Part shown: positions 54,523 through 64,000 of the stretch, piece by piece | How positions within the stretch are numbered: the stretch's first letter is position 1 | How the letters are laid out: every line of letters starts with the position of its first letter | NCBI GenBank assembly: GCA_965227305.1 | Contig: OZ245740.1 | Coordinates: 1,747,371 to 1,811,370 of the forward strand | Source: Limisphaerales bacterium | GTDB lineage: Bacteria; Verrucomicrobiota; Verrucomicrobiia; Limisphaerales; AAA164-E04 | Length of the DNA: 64,000 nt | Reading direction: 5' to 3' | The notes under the pieces: generated by a model | Database searches by the model: none | Seen by the model: the letters and a program-made list of their open reading frames with translations, nothing else | What the model was told of the DNA's origin: nothing | Position numbers and translations under genes: made by a program

Positions 54523-56358
54523 TTGATTCCATTCCCAAGGAGAAGAACGAGTCGTCAGAGTCGGGGCAGGCGTCGGCTTGGATGTCAAGCTCGTCGGTGG
54601 AGGCGCGTCGGTGTGCTACTGATCGTAGGCATCGCCGTGTTGGCATTGGTACCGTTGCTCTTCGCAAAGCTGTTGTTGTCAACACCGGAAGGTTTCGAAC
54701 CTCGGATTCATGTCAGTGTCTTCGATCGATTGCAGGCGGTGTCTTTTCGACGGACCGCGATGAAGTATGCTTCCCGTGGGGACTACGAGAATGCGAGGGT
54801 GCGGTGGCGGCAGGCAAGCGGCAATCATCCCGGAGACCTAGGGCTCTTGCGGGCTTACCTGCGTACGCTGCTGAAGTTGTCGCCAACCCCATCCGGCCTG
54901 GCCGAGGGTAAGCAGCTCAGCGCATGGTTGCTATCTGTCTCCAATGAGGCGCCTCAAGATCGCCAGCTCATGCTTCAGTTTTTGGAGCACTCGGGCGATT
55001 ACTATGAGATACTTCGCGTTCTCGCCGGGCAGAAAGACCTGTTCGACCAAGAGGAGCTGGCTTTCTTCCTGCGTGCCCTCTTCCACACAGGGCAGTTCCG
55101 GAGTTTTCAAGAAGTCTGGGAAAAAAGGGGGCTTAATACAGAGGATGACCCTTTGTTCGTGTTCTTTCGATTGGCGAACTCAGTCTGTTTGGATGCGAAG
55201 CGGGCAGACTTGGGTGCCTTCCGGTCTTCACTGGATACGCTGATTGCGGAGTCCGGCTACAAGGTCGTGGGGCTAAAAGCGGCGATCCGGGTTTTCGCTG
55301 AGTCTCATACTCTCGTAGACGGACTGGAAATCCTTTCGGAACTGGAGAAGATCGGGCAGCTAACCTTGAGAGATGTCCTCCCGGTGTGGAGGACGGCGGT
55401 CTACCTCGGCCAACCCGAAATTGTTCAGGCGCAATTCACGAGCGATCAAAAGCCGGTTACGGAACAAGAGTTGCTAGCGTGTTCGCGGCTTTTACGGCTA
55501 GCCGGGATGAATTCGAAGGGAGTGGGCTTGTTGGAGTCCGGGCTGGAGGTGGCAACGCTGTTTTCGTCGACGCTCGTGCTTGAGTTGGGGAATGTCTTGA
55601 GTGCGGCTCACGATTGGCACGCGTTGAACCAGTTGGTGGCGCGAGTTGAGCCCGTCGGTGGACCGGTGCAAGGTTTGCAACCGGTTTTTCGGTATTGGCG
55701 TGGTCTGATTGCTGAAGCTCAAGGTAAGGACGAACGGGTGAAGGAGGTTTACCGTGCTTTTTCTGAGGTAGATGCGCTGTCCATGGAAACCGTGATCCCC
55801 ATAGCGTCGCGGTTGCATCTGCAGGGACGTGAAGAAGAAGCCTTAGAGCTCTTTGCTCGTGTGGGTTATTCCGTCGACGCGGATGCGCTACGGCATCTCT
55901 CGTTGATTAGTCAAGCGAAGCGAGACGGTGATGTCACGGGTTGGATCGCGGCGGCAGACGCTGCTCATGAGGCTGATCCAGACAATGCGATCTTTTTGCA
56001 TAGTTTGGCTGAGGCCCTCTTGTGTGGTGGAGAGCAACCGAACCGGGCACTTGGACTCGCCGGTACGGCGTTCGTGCTTAATCCAAAAATCATCCAGTTT
56101 CGTTTCGGTCTCATTTGGGCTTTGATGCGAAACGAACGCTGGGCTGAGGCCGATGCGTTGCTCAGGCCCGTGGGCGTGGATGACTTGAACGAACCGTATA
56201 TATTGAGTCGTTTCAAAGTGCTGCTTCTGGAAAAGGCTCTCGCGGCGAATCGGAGTCACGAGACCAAGCGTATTGCGGAGACGATTGCAGCAAGCGAGTT
56301 CGAGAAGCCGTATCAAAGCGATGTGGAACGTGTCTTGGAGCGAGCGCTGAGTCTCTAA
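54523..56358 (+). CDS. Membrane-anchored TPR-like repeat protein
   Basis: 611-aa ORF with a TTG start. Arg-rich N-terminus followed by a TM helix (VGVLLIVGIAVLALVPLLFA). The remainder is helical-repeat-like (e.g. ASRGDYENARVRWRQASGNHPGDLGLLRAYL, DPDNAIFLHSLAEALL). Confidence 0.6.
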   Translation: MIPFPRRRTSRQSRGRRRLGCQARRWRRVGVLLIVGIAVLALVPLLFAKLLLSTPEGFEPRIHVSVFDRLQAVSFRRTAMKYASRGDYENARVRWRQASGNHPGDLGLLRAYLRTLLKLSPTPSGLAEGKQLSAWLLSVSNEAPQDRQLMLQFLEHSGDYYEILRVLAGQKDLFDQEELAFFLRALFHTGQFRSFQEVWEKRGLNTEDDPLFVFFRLANSVCLDAKRADLGAFRSSLDTLIAESGYKVVGLKAAIRVFAESHTLVDGLEILSELEKIGQLTLRDVLPVWRTAVYLGQPEIVQAQFTSDQKPVTEQELLACSRLLRLAGMNSKGVGLLESGLEVATLFSSTLVLELGNVLSAAHDWHALNQLVARVEPVGGPVQGLQPVFRYWRGLIAEAQGKDERVKEVYRAFSEVDALSMETVIPIASRLHLQGREEEALELFARVGYSVDADALRHLSLISQAKRDGDVTGWIAAADAAHEADPDNAIFLHSLAEALLCGGEQPNRALGLAGTAFVLNPKIIQFRFGLIWALMRNERWAEADALLRPVGVDDLNEPYILSRFKVLLLEKALAANRSHETKRIAETIAASEFEKPYQSDVERVLERALSL

Positions 56359-56482
56359 CCAGTGGTTTCATACACAGAGGGGTCACCACAAGGGGTGAGA
56401 TTCCGCAGATGCTGTTTGTGGGCACTCGCCAATAGTGGGGATTACGGGAAGGGGGCGTTCTTGGCATTCTTTTGGCTAAGGG

Positions 56483-59400
56483 ATGAGAGAGAACGGCAGA
56501 TCTTCTTTGTTGCTATCCGCTTGGCGACCCTGGTTGCTCGGATGGCTTTTACTTCATGTGTGTCGGGTCGATTGTGAGGCTCAGGGATTCCACATTAGCT
56601 TCGTCGACAACGATCGAATCGTGCTGAACCATACCTTGGGGAACGATGCCAGACTGAAAATCGTGAGGGTGTCGGGATCCGAGGGCGAACGGGATTTCGC
56701 GGGACTGCCAAGCCCCATAACGGATCTCGAAGTGACTCAAGGGGAAACCTATGAGTATCAACTCTTCGTCTTTGACCCAATCTTGGAGGAGTTTGTGGGG
56801 TCGGGAGGTCCGCAGTCGGCAACGGTGGGTGAGGTGCGAGGGCTTCTGCCTCACGATTTGACCTGGGCTGCTGATCGCGTTCTGTTTGATGACGTGGTCG
56901 TGCCGGAAACGGCTACGTTGACAATTCGAGGCGCGGCGCCAGATCAGCGCGTGTCGATTCAGAATGCTCCCAATACGCGGCTGGTTCAGTTGAACTTCAT
57001 GGGTAAGCTGGAAGCCGAGAATGTGACCTTTCGGAGTCTGGATCGGGTGAATTCGGCTGTCAGTCTTTTGGGACGGTCTGGAGTGCCCTTCACTCCCGAG
57101 GCGATCAAATCGACACTCGTATTTCGGAACGTTAACTTGGAAGACGTCGATTTGGACGCAGCCAACAACCCAACTCTGGAGAACGTCAATGACGGAGGTT
57201 CCACGGCGAGTCGAATGCGGTTGTTCAATCTAGAGAATTTCCTCTTCAAAAACTCGGGAGAGCTTTCCCATACCACCGTTGAGTTTCATCTCCTGTCGGG
57301 AAGTTTGGAGATCAAAGATTCACGGTTCTCGAATGTGGTGGTCATGCCAGCGGAGTTCAATAGCCAGACCGAAGATCCCAAGATCGACGGACGCGTCATC
57401 TTTAGTGGGAATACACTGACGTCCACGCGGAATCCCGTGAGTGACTTTTTGAATTTCGGGACCACGGGGATTATTGAAATTCTGAATAACCGCAAAGACC
57501 CAAACGGCGTTCCCTACGAACTGGAACTGGAGTTTTTTGCTTCGCCTCCGGGTTTGACGGATTTGTTTCGAGAGATTTCGGGCAATACCGGTGTTTCGAA
57601 TCTGTTTTTGAATCAAGTCAGCAACACGGAGGTTCGGATGAATACGATCAACACGCCCCAGAACCAAGGAACGGCTGGAATTACCGTGAACGGGAACCAC
57701 AACCGAGTTGTAAACAATACGGTTGCCAAAGATTTCGACCTGTTCGCTTCTGAGTTTTCTGCCGGTATTCACGTTAACGGGAATCCGGCAACCGGGAACC
57801 GGATTGAAGGGAACACCGTGACAGAATACGGGACGGGGATTCTCTTGGCCCGGGCGGTGGATAACGTCATTCGGGACAACGATCTCGACGGTAATAATAA
57901 CGGTATCTTCCTCAATGGCACGGGCGTCAATATCCCCGAGGGGAACCAGATCTTCAACAACCGGATCGTCAATACCCTCTTCAGTAGCGTGCGATTGGGC
58001 GAGGATTGCTTCACGGGATGTCCGAACTCCTGGAATGCCGAACGTATGGCGGGTAGTAATATTCTGGGGGGACCGTTTATCGGAGGGAATTTCTACGGCG
58101 ATTTCTTTGGAGCAGTGGATACGGATTCCCCGCCGGATGGCCTGAGCAATGTGTCCCGAATGCACAATGCCGTGAACGTGGATAATCTGCCCTTGATGCC
58201 ACCGCAGGCGGATCTCCAAGTCAATGTGTTGAATCCGCCCACTCAGGTTGCGCCGGGAGGTTTGCTCTCGTTCTCATTTGAGGTGGTGAATCTGGGACCG
58301 AGTGTTTTGGGGGATCCAATCTCGCTGGATATCTTCGGGTTGAATCTGGCGACGGATCAGTTTGCAACCCCCGTGGACCCCAGTGCGGGTGCCGACTTCT
58401 GTAGTCTCAATCTGTCGGCGATCAACTGCAACCTCGCCAGCGGCCTGGGTGTGGGGGAGATGCGGACGGGTACGGTGTCTTTTCGGATCAGTCCGGATGT
58501 GTTGACGAATCTCGGTCCGGATGGATTGCAGTTTGGTTTCTTCCTCTCCACTCAGGCCCCGGTGAGCGACCCCGACAACTCAGATAATTCTCGGACGGTG
58601 CGAGTGGATGTGTTGGAGGATATCGATGGTGACGGTTTATCGACATCGATCGAGGAGATGGCGGCGGCGGCCTTGGGGGATAGCGACGTCAATTCGAACG
58701 GCATCGCGGATCATGAGGATCCTTCCGCGGCTCTATTCCTTGACCGGGATGGCAACGCCATTGCGATGCACTTCGGGAGTAACCCGGGGAGGTTTAACAA
58801 TGTAGTGCCCAAAAGTACCAGCACCTTTCTGCCTCCGATACAGTTCGATCCGATCGCAGACGGTGCCTTGGGATTTGCGGATGTTCAGATCGATTTGGGA
58901 CCGGGGGCTCCGATGGCAGGTACGACTTTGGAATACCGATTTTCTGAGACCCTCATGCCGAATGTGGCAGATGCCGTCGTTGTGGAATCCCTCCCGGCTG
59001 GCACACCCGTCGTGATTCCAGTGCGCAGATCCCTTCCGGGCCTCGTTGAACTTGAAGTCCAGGATGGTGGCCCGGGGGACAATAGTGGGCCGGGAGATGG
59101 CATCATTGATCTTTCGAACCTAGCGGTTTATCGCGAGCGGAAGGCCAATCTCGTGCTCAGTGGTCCCGCCGTCGTTGCCAACTCCGTTCCCGGACCCGAT
59201 GGAACGCCGCATATTGGTTCTTTTGATCACAAAAACGCCTTTGAGTTGGAATTGGTCTTGGAGAACACAGGAGAGTTACCGGCCGAAAATGTCGAAGTGA
59301 CTGTTGCGATTGAGGATACCGTGAACGGTCTGGTGAAGCCGTTGGTTCCTTCCCAAGTTGACGGGGCGGTGTCCGGAAGCGGCGTGGACGGACTGACCTG

Positions 59401-62400
59401 GACGGTTCCTAAGGTCACCAAAGGAACCCCGGCTAAGATCAAGATTCCTATAGCGGCTAGTTTTCCCTGTGCGTGCCAAGGGATCAAGATCTCTGCGAAT
59501 GCAACCACCACAACAATGGAGACGCGTATCGACGACAACGCCTACCAAGGGCGACTCAGTCAGGGTTCCGTGCCGCTGCACGATCAACTCCAAGTCGCGC
59601 TGGCTGAATCTCACCAGTCTTTGGAAGATGCGATTTCCGAAAGCATTTTCCGGACAAAAAGGTCCCTTAGCCTAGCGATGTATCAGGTCGATAGGATTCC
59701 CATGGATCCGGAGCCGTTGCCAATGTTGCGGGACGTCATGAGTTCTATCTCCATTGATCCCGACAACAATGATCTGGCAATCGTGAAGGTCACTGCGGTG
59801 CCCGAGGCCAATCAGTTCGGGGAGCGCGACCTCGATCTTCTATTGAGAAGTCCTTTACCGAACGGATCCTTTCATATGCAGGTGGTCAAAATCCCCTTAA
59901 AGATTGTCCCGCTTAATGACTCGCCCGAGTTTGACGCCCCAGCGACAGCCGGCACGGACGAGGACAAGAAAACGACCGTCCCATTTTCGATTTCGGATGT
60001 GGACACGAGTGAGTTCGAAGTCAAGATTACGGTCAATTCCAAGGATCCCGACAAAGTGAAGAGCGGAGGACTTAGCATCACGGGAGACGGACCGCAGCGA
60101 ACTCTGTCGGTAACGCCCGAGCCTAATGCCCACGGGCCGGTGGAACTCGAACTAGAGGCGGATGACGGCGCCGGCGGGCTGACGCTTCACGACATCTTGC
60201 TGACCATTCGCCCGGTCAATGATCCGCCTACCATCGTCGGTCCGGCCGAGGCGACGAGCCGGGAAGACCAACCCAACGTCTTGGAATTCACGGTGGATGA
60301 CATCGAAGACGTTGAGCCGCCAGAGGTGCAGGTCTCGGTAAGTTCGGGGGAGGGCATCGTGATCAATCAGGAGGGCATCACGAAACAAGTGGAAGGGAAC
60401 AATGTTTCATTGGGTTACACCCCCAATCCGAACGCGAGCGGTGAAGCCACATTGCTGCTTCAGGCGATTGACCGAAACATCACGGTGACGAAGCGAGAGC
60501 TGAAGATCACGATTCAAGAGGTCAATGATCCGCCGATGGCGGTAGACGATAACGTTGTGGTGCCGGCCGGCTCCCGAGACAATCTGCTGGACGTCTTGGA
60601 GAATGACTCGATCGAACCGGACAAGGACGAGACGCTCTCGATTCGTGACATCGTGGTGCCTCCGAGTAACGGACAAGCGAAGCTCACACCGGAAGGTCAA
60701 CTGGTCTACACTCCGAACCAAGACTTCGCCGGTCAGGATGACTTGAAATACACGCTGGAGGATTCGAGAGGCCTGACGGCGACTGGAAACGTCCGCGTGC
60801 TGGTGAGCAGTTCGGTTGAAGTGCCCGACGATGCTTTGGAAGCACGGCTTCGATTTGTCCTCAACATTCCTCCCGGCGTGAAGTTCGACGTGGCTGATTT
60901 TCTGCGCCTGGAGTTGGACCTCGACCTGAGCAACGGAGACATCGAGAGCTTGGAAGGCCTCCAGCACGCCACGAACCTGAAGGGCCTCAACGTGAGTGGG
61001 AATAACGTGAGGGATTTGACTCCGTTGGAATTCCTCAGACAGCTGGAGACGCTGGATGTCTCGGATAACTTGGCCAATATCAACGAGGGGACGGAGAACG
61101 ATCGGATACTGAACACGATTGAGTCTAGAGGTGCCAGCGTCGTGCGTACCAAGCAGCGGCAGGACATTATCTTCGAACCCATTCCTGAAATCCCGGTCTG
61201 CATCGGGCAGACCATGCTGAACGTGACCGGCGGGGCGTCGGGCAATCCCGTTGAGCTTTCTTCAGCCGCAGGGGTCGCTTTTTTGCCGGGAGATTTCGTC
61301 GTGTTTCCGAACGGTGAAGCCGACTATCAGATCACCGCGACACAGGAAGGAAACGATAAGTATTTTGCGGCGCAGCCCGTCTTGCGGTTTGCGTTCTTGA
61401 GGAAGGAACGCCAGGTCGTTCGGTTTGATCCACTGCCGCAAGGGCGCGTGTTTGGTGATAACAAGGGCTCGATCTTGTTGGCAGCGCAGGGGGCCACGGA
61501 TCAGATTACCTTCGAGAGCAGCAATCCCAGCGTAGCGAGCGTCGTTGCAGGGCGTCTCTTCATCAATGGCGCTGGTACAGCCACCATTACTGCCAGGGAT
61601 CCGGGCGACGATTGCATCCGTCCTGGCGAAGCGTCACAGGGGATTCGGGTCGCCCGAGCGCCGCAAGAATTGAGTCTTGAACCCTTCCTCGATCAGATCT
61701 TTGCCTTTGGGCGCCAGATATCGATTCGGGGCCAAGGTCAGGATTCCGGAATACCGATTCAGTTTCTGGTGAATCCAACGGACGCGTTGACGCTCGAGCA
61801 GACTGAGTTTGTAGGGCGAGAGTTCAACATTCTTGCCACCCTGAACGGGGTGTTCCCGGACGTGCAGGTGACGGTGTCGCAGGCTCCGAACAACAACTTC
61901 CTTGAGGCGCCGAGTGTCACGAGGAATTTCTCGATTCGAAAAGGGGTGCAACAGTTCAGCTTTCCGGCGATTGGAACCAAACATGTCGGGGACTTACCGT
62001 TTGATGCGTTCGTCACGAGTGATGACCGGAACGAGCCAGTGATACTGACATCGCTTACCCCGGAAATCGTTTCTGTAGAGGGTCACAGGGTCACCATCCT
62101 GAAAGGGGGCACGGCCCGAATACAGGCCACGCAGGCGGGGAATGCTCTATTCAATCCGGCCGAACCGATCGTTCAGGAATTTCTGGTGAACTGTCTTCCG
62201 GTTGTGTCTGGACTTACCACACTCACCGGCGAAGAGGACGGAACCATTGGTCCGATCTCGGTAACGATTGAAGACAAGGAAACTCCCTTCGATCAACTGA
62301 CGCTCGAAACGGTGATCTTCGGAACTGAGCTTGACGGCACGGAAGCTCGACTCGAGCGTGGCAGCGGCGCGGGAGAGATGTTGCTAACGATCGTGCCGCC

Positions 62401-64000
62401 GAAAGATTTATCTGGAAGCGGGAGTGTCACCATTACGGCCACCGACGAGCATGGCGGCGTAGGGCTGGGTGCGGCCCCGTTGACGATCGCTTCCGTGAAC
62501 GATCCTCCCACAATCGTTCACGATCCCAACTTCGCCACGGAGTCTGTTTTCCGGTTCAGCGACAAGGAAACGCCGAACTCAAAGTTAGAACTTGAGTTCG
62601 TTTTGAGTGGTCCCGATAACGTGGATCCGTTTGGGTTTGATGTTCTAGACGTAGGCTTTCTCGGTCCGGAATTGGCCTTGGTTGACATCATTCCAATGGA
62701 ATCGATTCTGGGGGACAGAACACTGACCGGGACCGTTCGTGACGAGGAAGGGGCCGAGGCATCGGTGAGTGTTGATGTTCGAATCGAAGGAACCCGTGTG
62801 GTCGACGGTTATGTGGCCGGGAGTTCGGTGTTTGCCGATCTCAATGGCAACGGCATTTTAGACCCCGAAGAACCGACCGGAACGACCGACGCCCTGGGCG
62901 GGGTCATTCTAGTTTTGCCACCCGATTTTTCCGGTGCGATTCTTGCAAGCGGTGGAACTGATATTGCAACCGGCGTCCCGTTGACCGGTATCCTGAAGGC
63001 ACCGGCGGGATCGGGAGTGGTTAGTGCCATCAGTACGGTCGTGACCGAACTTGTGAACCGGGGTCGCTCGCTTACCGAGGCGCAAGCGGTGGTAAAGACC
63101 GCCTTTAAGCTGCCGGATTCACTGGATCTTCTGAATACGGATCCGATTGCCGGAACGCAAGTGGGCGATTCCGGTGCTGGAGCCCTGTTGGGCGCCGTGG
63201 TGCAGGTTCAGAATCTGATTGTGCAAGCCAACTCGATTACGACGGGAGCCATGGGCTCGGGTGCGAGTGGTGGGGTAAGCGATCAGGTGATCTCAGCTGT
63301 CGCGGGACAGGTCGAGCAGAATCGGAGCGTGAACCTGACCGATCCTAATGTCGTGGAGTCGATTCTCCAAGAGACCGTAACGAATACCGGTGTGCCCGTT
63401 TCGGATCAGATTGTTGGTGGGGCTGCAGGGGTAATTGCGGCGGCCAACGAAGTCGTCTCGGAAGCCGTCGAGACCATGACCGGTCCTGGCTTTGATACGC
63501 TGGTGGAAGTAGCTCAGGTTCAGAAGGTCGCTTTCACTGGAACCGCGGAGGGCTTGATGGAGGCAAGTGCGGGGCGCGAGGCGATTGAAACCGTGGTCTC
63601 AAGTTTTACCGGTTCGAACCTACAGAGCCAAGTGGTTGGAGTGACGGTGAATTCGCCACTCGGGAATGAGCGACCGACGATCTCCGGGATTTCGGATCAG
63701 CGGATCGACGAAGACGGGATTCTTTCGGGGATTGAAGTTGTGGTTGGTGACTCTGATTCGGCTGTTGAGACTCTGGCAGTTAGGGTCGTGACTTCGAATA
63801 CGCATCTGATTCCTGAACAGAATGTGATCGTAACCGGGGCGGGAACCACTCGCCAAATTGAGCTAAGACCACTTCCGGATTCGTTTGGAAGTAGTGATAT
63901 ATCGGTTTCCGTGAGTGATGGAAGGCTTTCAGCGACTACGGAATTTCGGCTTGAGGTCTTGCCGGTTAACGACAAGCCAAGCATTGGCGCGATTGAGGAC
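56483..64000 (+). CDS. Giant secreted adhesin-like protein, 5' part only (more than 2506 codons, open to the window edge): beta-helix (PbH1) repeats, CARDB-like domain, cadherin/VCBS-like tandem domains, LRR, Ig-like domains
   Basis: This ORF is not in the supplied track because it has no stop in the window. I translated the frame manually: a stop TAA lies at 56477-56479 and the ATG at 56483 (MRENGRSSLLLSAWRPWLLGWLLLHV...). I spot-checked the frame as open at ~57.2, 59.1, 59.6, 60.0, 61.1, 62.0, 62.6, 62.9, 63.6 and 63.9 kb, and it ends in phase at 64000 (..PVNDKPSIGAIED). Motifs: GNRIEGNTVTEYGTGILLARAVDNVIRDNDLDGNNNGIFL (PbH1), recurring VNDPPT(I/M)V, LRR LEGLQHATNLKGLNVSGNNVRDLTPLEFLRQLETLDVSDN, and VDGYVAGSSVFADLNGNGILDPEEPTGTTD. 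Confidence 0.8.
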   Translation, partial: MRENGRSSLLLSAWRPWLLGWLLLHVCRVDCEAQGFHISFVDNDRIVLNHTLGNDARLKIVRVSGSEGERDFAGLPSPITDLEVTQGETYEYQLFVFDPILEEFVGSGGPQSATVGEVRGLLPHDLTWAADRVLFDDVVVPETATLTIRGAAPDQRVSIQNAPNTRLVQLNFMGKLEAENVTFRSLDRVNSAVSLLGRSGVPFTPEAIKSTLVFRNVNLEDVDLDAANNPTLENVNDGGSTASRMRLFNLENFLFKNSGELSHTTVEFHLLSGSLEIKDSRFSNVVVMPAEFNSQTEDPKIDGRVIFSGNTLTSTRNPVSDFLNFGTTGIIEILNNRKDPNGVPYELELEFFASPPGLTDLFREISGNTGVSNLFLNQVSNTEVRMNTINTPQNQGTAGITVNGNHNRVVNNTVAKDFDLFASEFSAGIHVNGNPATGNRIEGNTVTEYGTGILLARAVDNVIRDNDLDGNNNGIFLNGTGVNIPEGNQIFNNRIVNTLFSSVRLGEDCFTGCPNSWNAERMAGSNILGGPFIGGNFYGDFFGAVDTDSPPDGLSNVSRMHNAVNVDNLPLMPPQADLQVNVLNPPTQVAPGGLLSFSFEVVNLGPSVLGDPISLDIFGLNLATDQFATPVDPSAGADFCSLNLSAINCNLASGLGVGEMRTGTVSFRISPDVLTNLGPDGLQFGFFLSTQAPVSDPDNSDNSRTVRVDVLEDIDGDGLSTSIEEMAAAALGDSDVNSNGIADHEDPSAALFLDRDGNAIAMHFGSNPGRFNNVVPKSTSTFLPPIQFDPIADGALGFADVQIDLGPGAPMAGTTLEYRFSETLMPNVADAVVVESLPAGTPVVIPVRRSLPGLVELEVQDGGPGDNSGPGDGIIDLSNLAVYRERKANLVLSGPAVVANSVPGPDGTPHIGSFDHKNAFELELVLENTGELPAENVEVTVAIEDTVNGLVKPLVPSQVDGAVSGSGVDGLTWTVPKVTKGTPAKIKIPIAASFPCACQGIKISANATTTTMETRIDDNAYQGRLSQGSVPLHDQLQVALAESHQSLEDAISESIFRTKRSLSLAMYQVDRIPMDPEPLPMLRDVMSSISIDPDNNDLAIVKVTAVPEANQFGERDLDLLLRSPLPNGSFHMQVVKIPLKIVPLNDSPEFDAPATAGTDEDKKTTVPFSISDVDTSEFEVKITVNSKDPDKVKSGGLSITGDGPQRTLSVTPEPNAHGPVELELEADDGAGGLTLHDILLTIRPVNDPPTIVGPAEATSREDQPNVLEFTVDDIEDVEPPEVQVSVSSGEGIVINQEGITKQVEGNNVSLGYTPNPNASGEATLLLQAIDRNITVTKRELKITIQEVNDPPMAVDDNVVVPAGSRDNLLDVLENDSIEPDKDETLSIRDIVVPPSNGQAKLTPEGQLVYTPNQDFAGQDDLKYTLEDSRGLTATGNVRVLVSSSVEVPDDALEARLRFVLNIPPGVKFDVADFLRLELDLDLSNGDIESLEGLQHATNLKGLNVSGNNVRDLTPLEFLRQLETLDVSDNLANINEGTENDRILNTIESRGASVVRTKQRQDIIFEPIPEIPVCIGQTMLNVTGGASGNPVELSSAAGVAFLPGDFVVFPNGEADYQITATQEGNDKYFAAQPVLRFAFLRKERQVVRFDPLPQGRVFGDNKGSILLAAQGATDQITFESSNPSVASVVAGRLFINGAGTATITARDPGDDCIRPGEASQGIRVARAPQELSLEPFLDQIFAFGRQISIRGQGQDSGIPIQFLVNPTDALTLEQTEFVGREFNILATLNGVFPDVQVTVSQAPNNNFLEAPSVTRNFSIRKGVQQFSFPAIGTKHVGDLPFDAFVTSDDRNEPVILTSLTPEIVSVEGHRVTILKGGTARIQATQAGNALFNPAEPIVQEFLVNCLPVVSGLTTLTGEEDGTIGPISVTIEDKETPFDQLTLETVIFGTELDGTEARLERGSGAGEMLLTIVPPKDLSGSGSVTITATDEHGGVGLGAAPLTIASVNDPPTIVHDPNFATESVFRFSDKETPNSKLELEFVLSGPDNVDPFGFDVLDVGFLGPELALVDIIPMESILGDRTLTGTVRDEEGAEASVSVDVRIEGTRVVDGYVAGSSVFADLNGNGILDPEEPTGTTDALGGVILVLPPDFSGAILASGGTDIATGVPLTGILKAPAGSGVVSAISTVVTELVNRGRSLTEAQAVVKTAFKLPDSLDLLNTDPIAGTQVGDSGAGALLGAVVQVQNLIVQANSITTGAMGSGASGGVSDQVISAVAGQVEQNRSVNLTDPNVVESILQETVTNTGVPVSDQIVGGAAGVIAAANEVVSEAVETMTGPGFDTLVEVAQVQKVAFTGTAEGLMEASAGREAIETVVSSFTGSNLQSQVVGVTVNSPLGNERPTISGISDQRIDEDGILSGIEVVVGDSDSAVETLAVRVVTSNTHLIPEQNVIVTGAGTTRQIELRPLPDSFGSSDISVSVSDGRLSATTEFRLEVLPVNDKPSIGAIED

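Noticed and set aside
56362-56577. 71-aa plus-strand ORF just upstream of, and overlapping, the giant ORF start
   Set aside because: It is in a different frame from the 2506-codon ORF and has no motif. It probably just represents the spacer and 5' region of the adhesin gene.
57320-58219. 299-aa minus-strand ORF, the longest ORF listed between 56.5 and 64 kb
   Set aside because: It is an antisense shadow of the unlisted giant plus-strand ORF (56483 to beyond 64000), which carries beta-helix repeat motifs in this exact interval.

Overview
The gene content suggests a chromosome from the PVC superphylum (Planctomycetota or Verrucomicrobiota-like). Supporting families are a DUF1559 prepilin-like protein, two PSCyt/DUF1549/DUF1553 + DUF1501 pairs, a DUF1592-family + DUF1552 pair, DUF1080, ThuA, a TAT-signal Gfo/Idh/MocA oxidoreductase and a PEP-CTERM-like anchor. 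I recognised no rRNA, tRNA, CRISPR array, integrase or transposase ORF.

The window splits into two parts.

(1) Positions 1 to about 36.1 kb hold mostly ordinary metabolic and envelope genes: PQQ dehydrogenase-cytochrome c, esterase, MqnA/D-like, DUF885, nagA, a ROK-like kinase, a BNR/Asp-box propeller, SDR, SUI1, MoxR, Sel1 and an enolase-superfamily enzyme. The intergenic spacers carry a three-tier nested repeat system. A ~35-40 bp REP-like unit often occurs in inverted pairs. A TIR-bounded MITE (two 177-bp copies and one 98-bp copy) sits precisely in the central TA of that unit, flanked by TA on both sides. A ~30-bp-arm hairpin module lies inside the MITE and also occurs alone.

(2) From about 36.3 kb to 64 kb I saw no copy of these repeats, and the block looks accessory. 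It contains:
- a stand-alone adenylation domain interrupted between core motifs A5 and A6 by a complete PLP-dependent group II decarboxylase, with no carrier domain;
- a tightly packed four-gene unit: a 2223-aa Sec-signal RHS/YD toxin with an N-terminal dockerin-like module and a 181-aa C-terminal tip, an LVIVD/TSP3 propeller protein, a glycine-rich secreted protein, and a protein with two cohesins plus a dockerin;
- a visibly AT-richer islet with two small orphan ORFs;
- an NHL propeller with a PEP-CTERM-like anchor, and a TPR membrane protein;
- a giant adhesin-like ORF of more than 2506 codons (56483 to the window edge) that is missing from the supplied ORF track because it has no stop codon in the window.

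The best candidates for something undescribed are the interrupted A domain and a possible cohesin-dockerin-tethered RHS toxin assembly. All family calls rest on motif recognition by eye, not on database searches.
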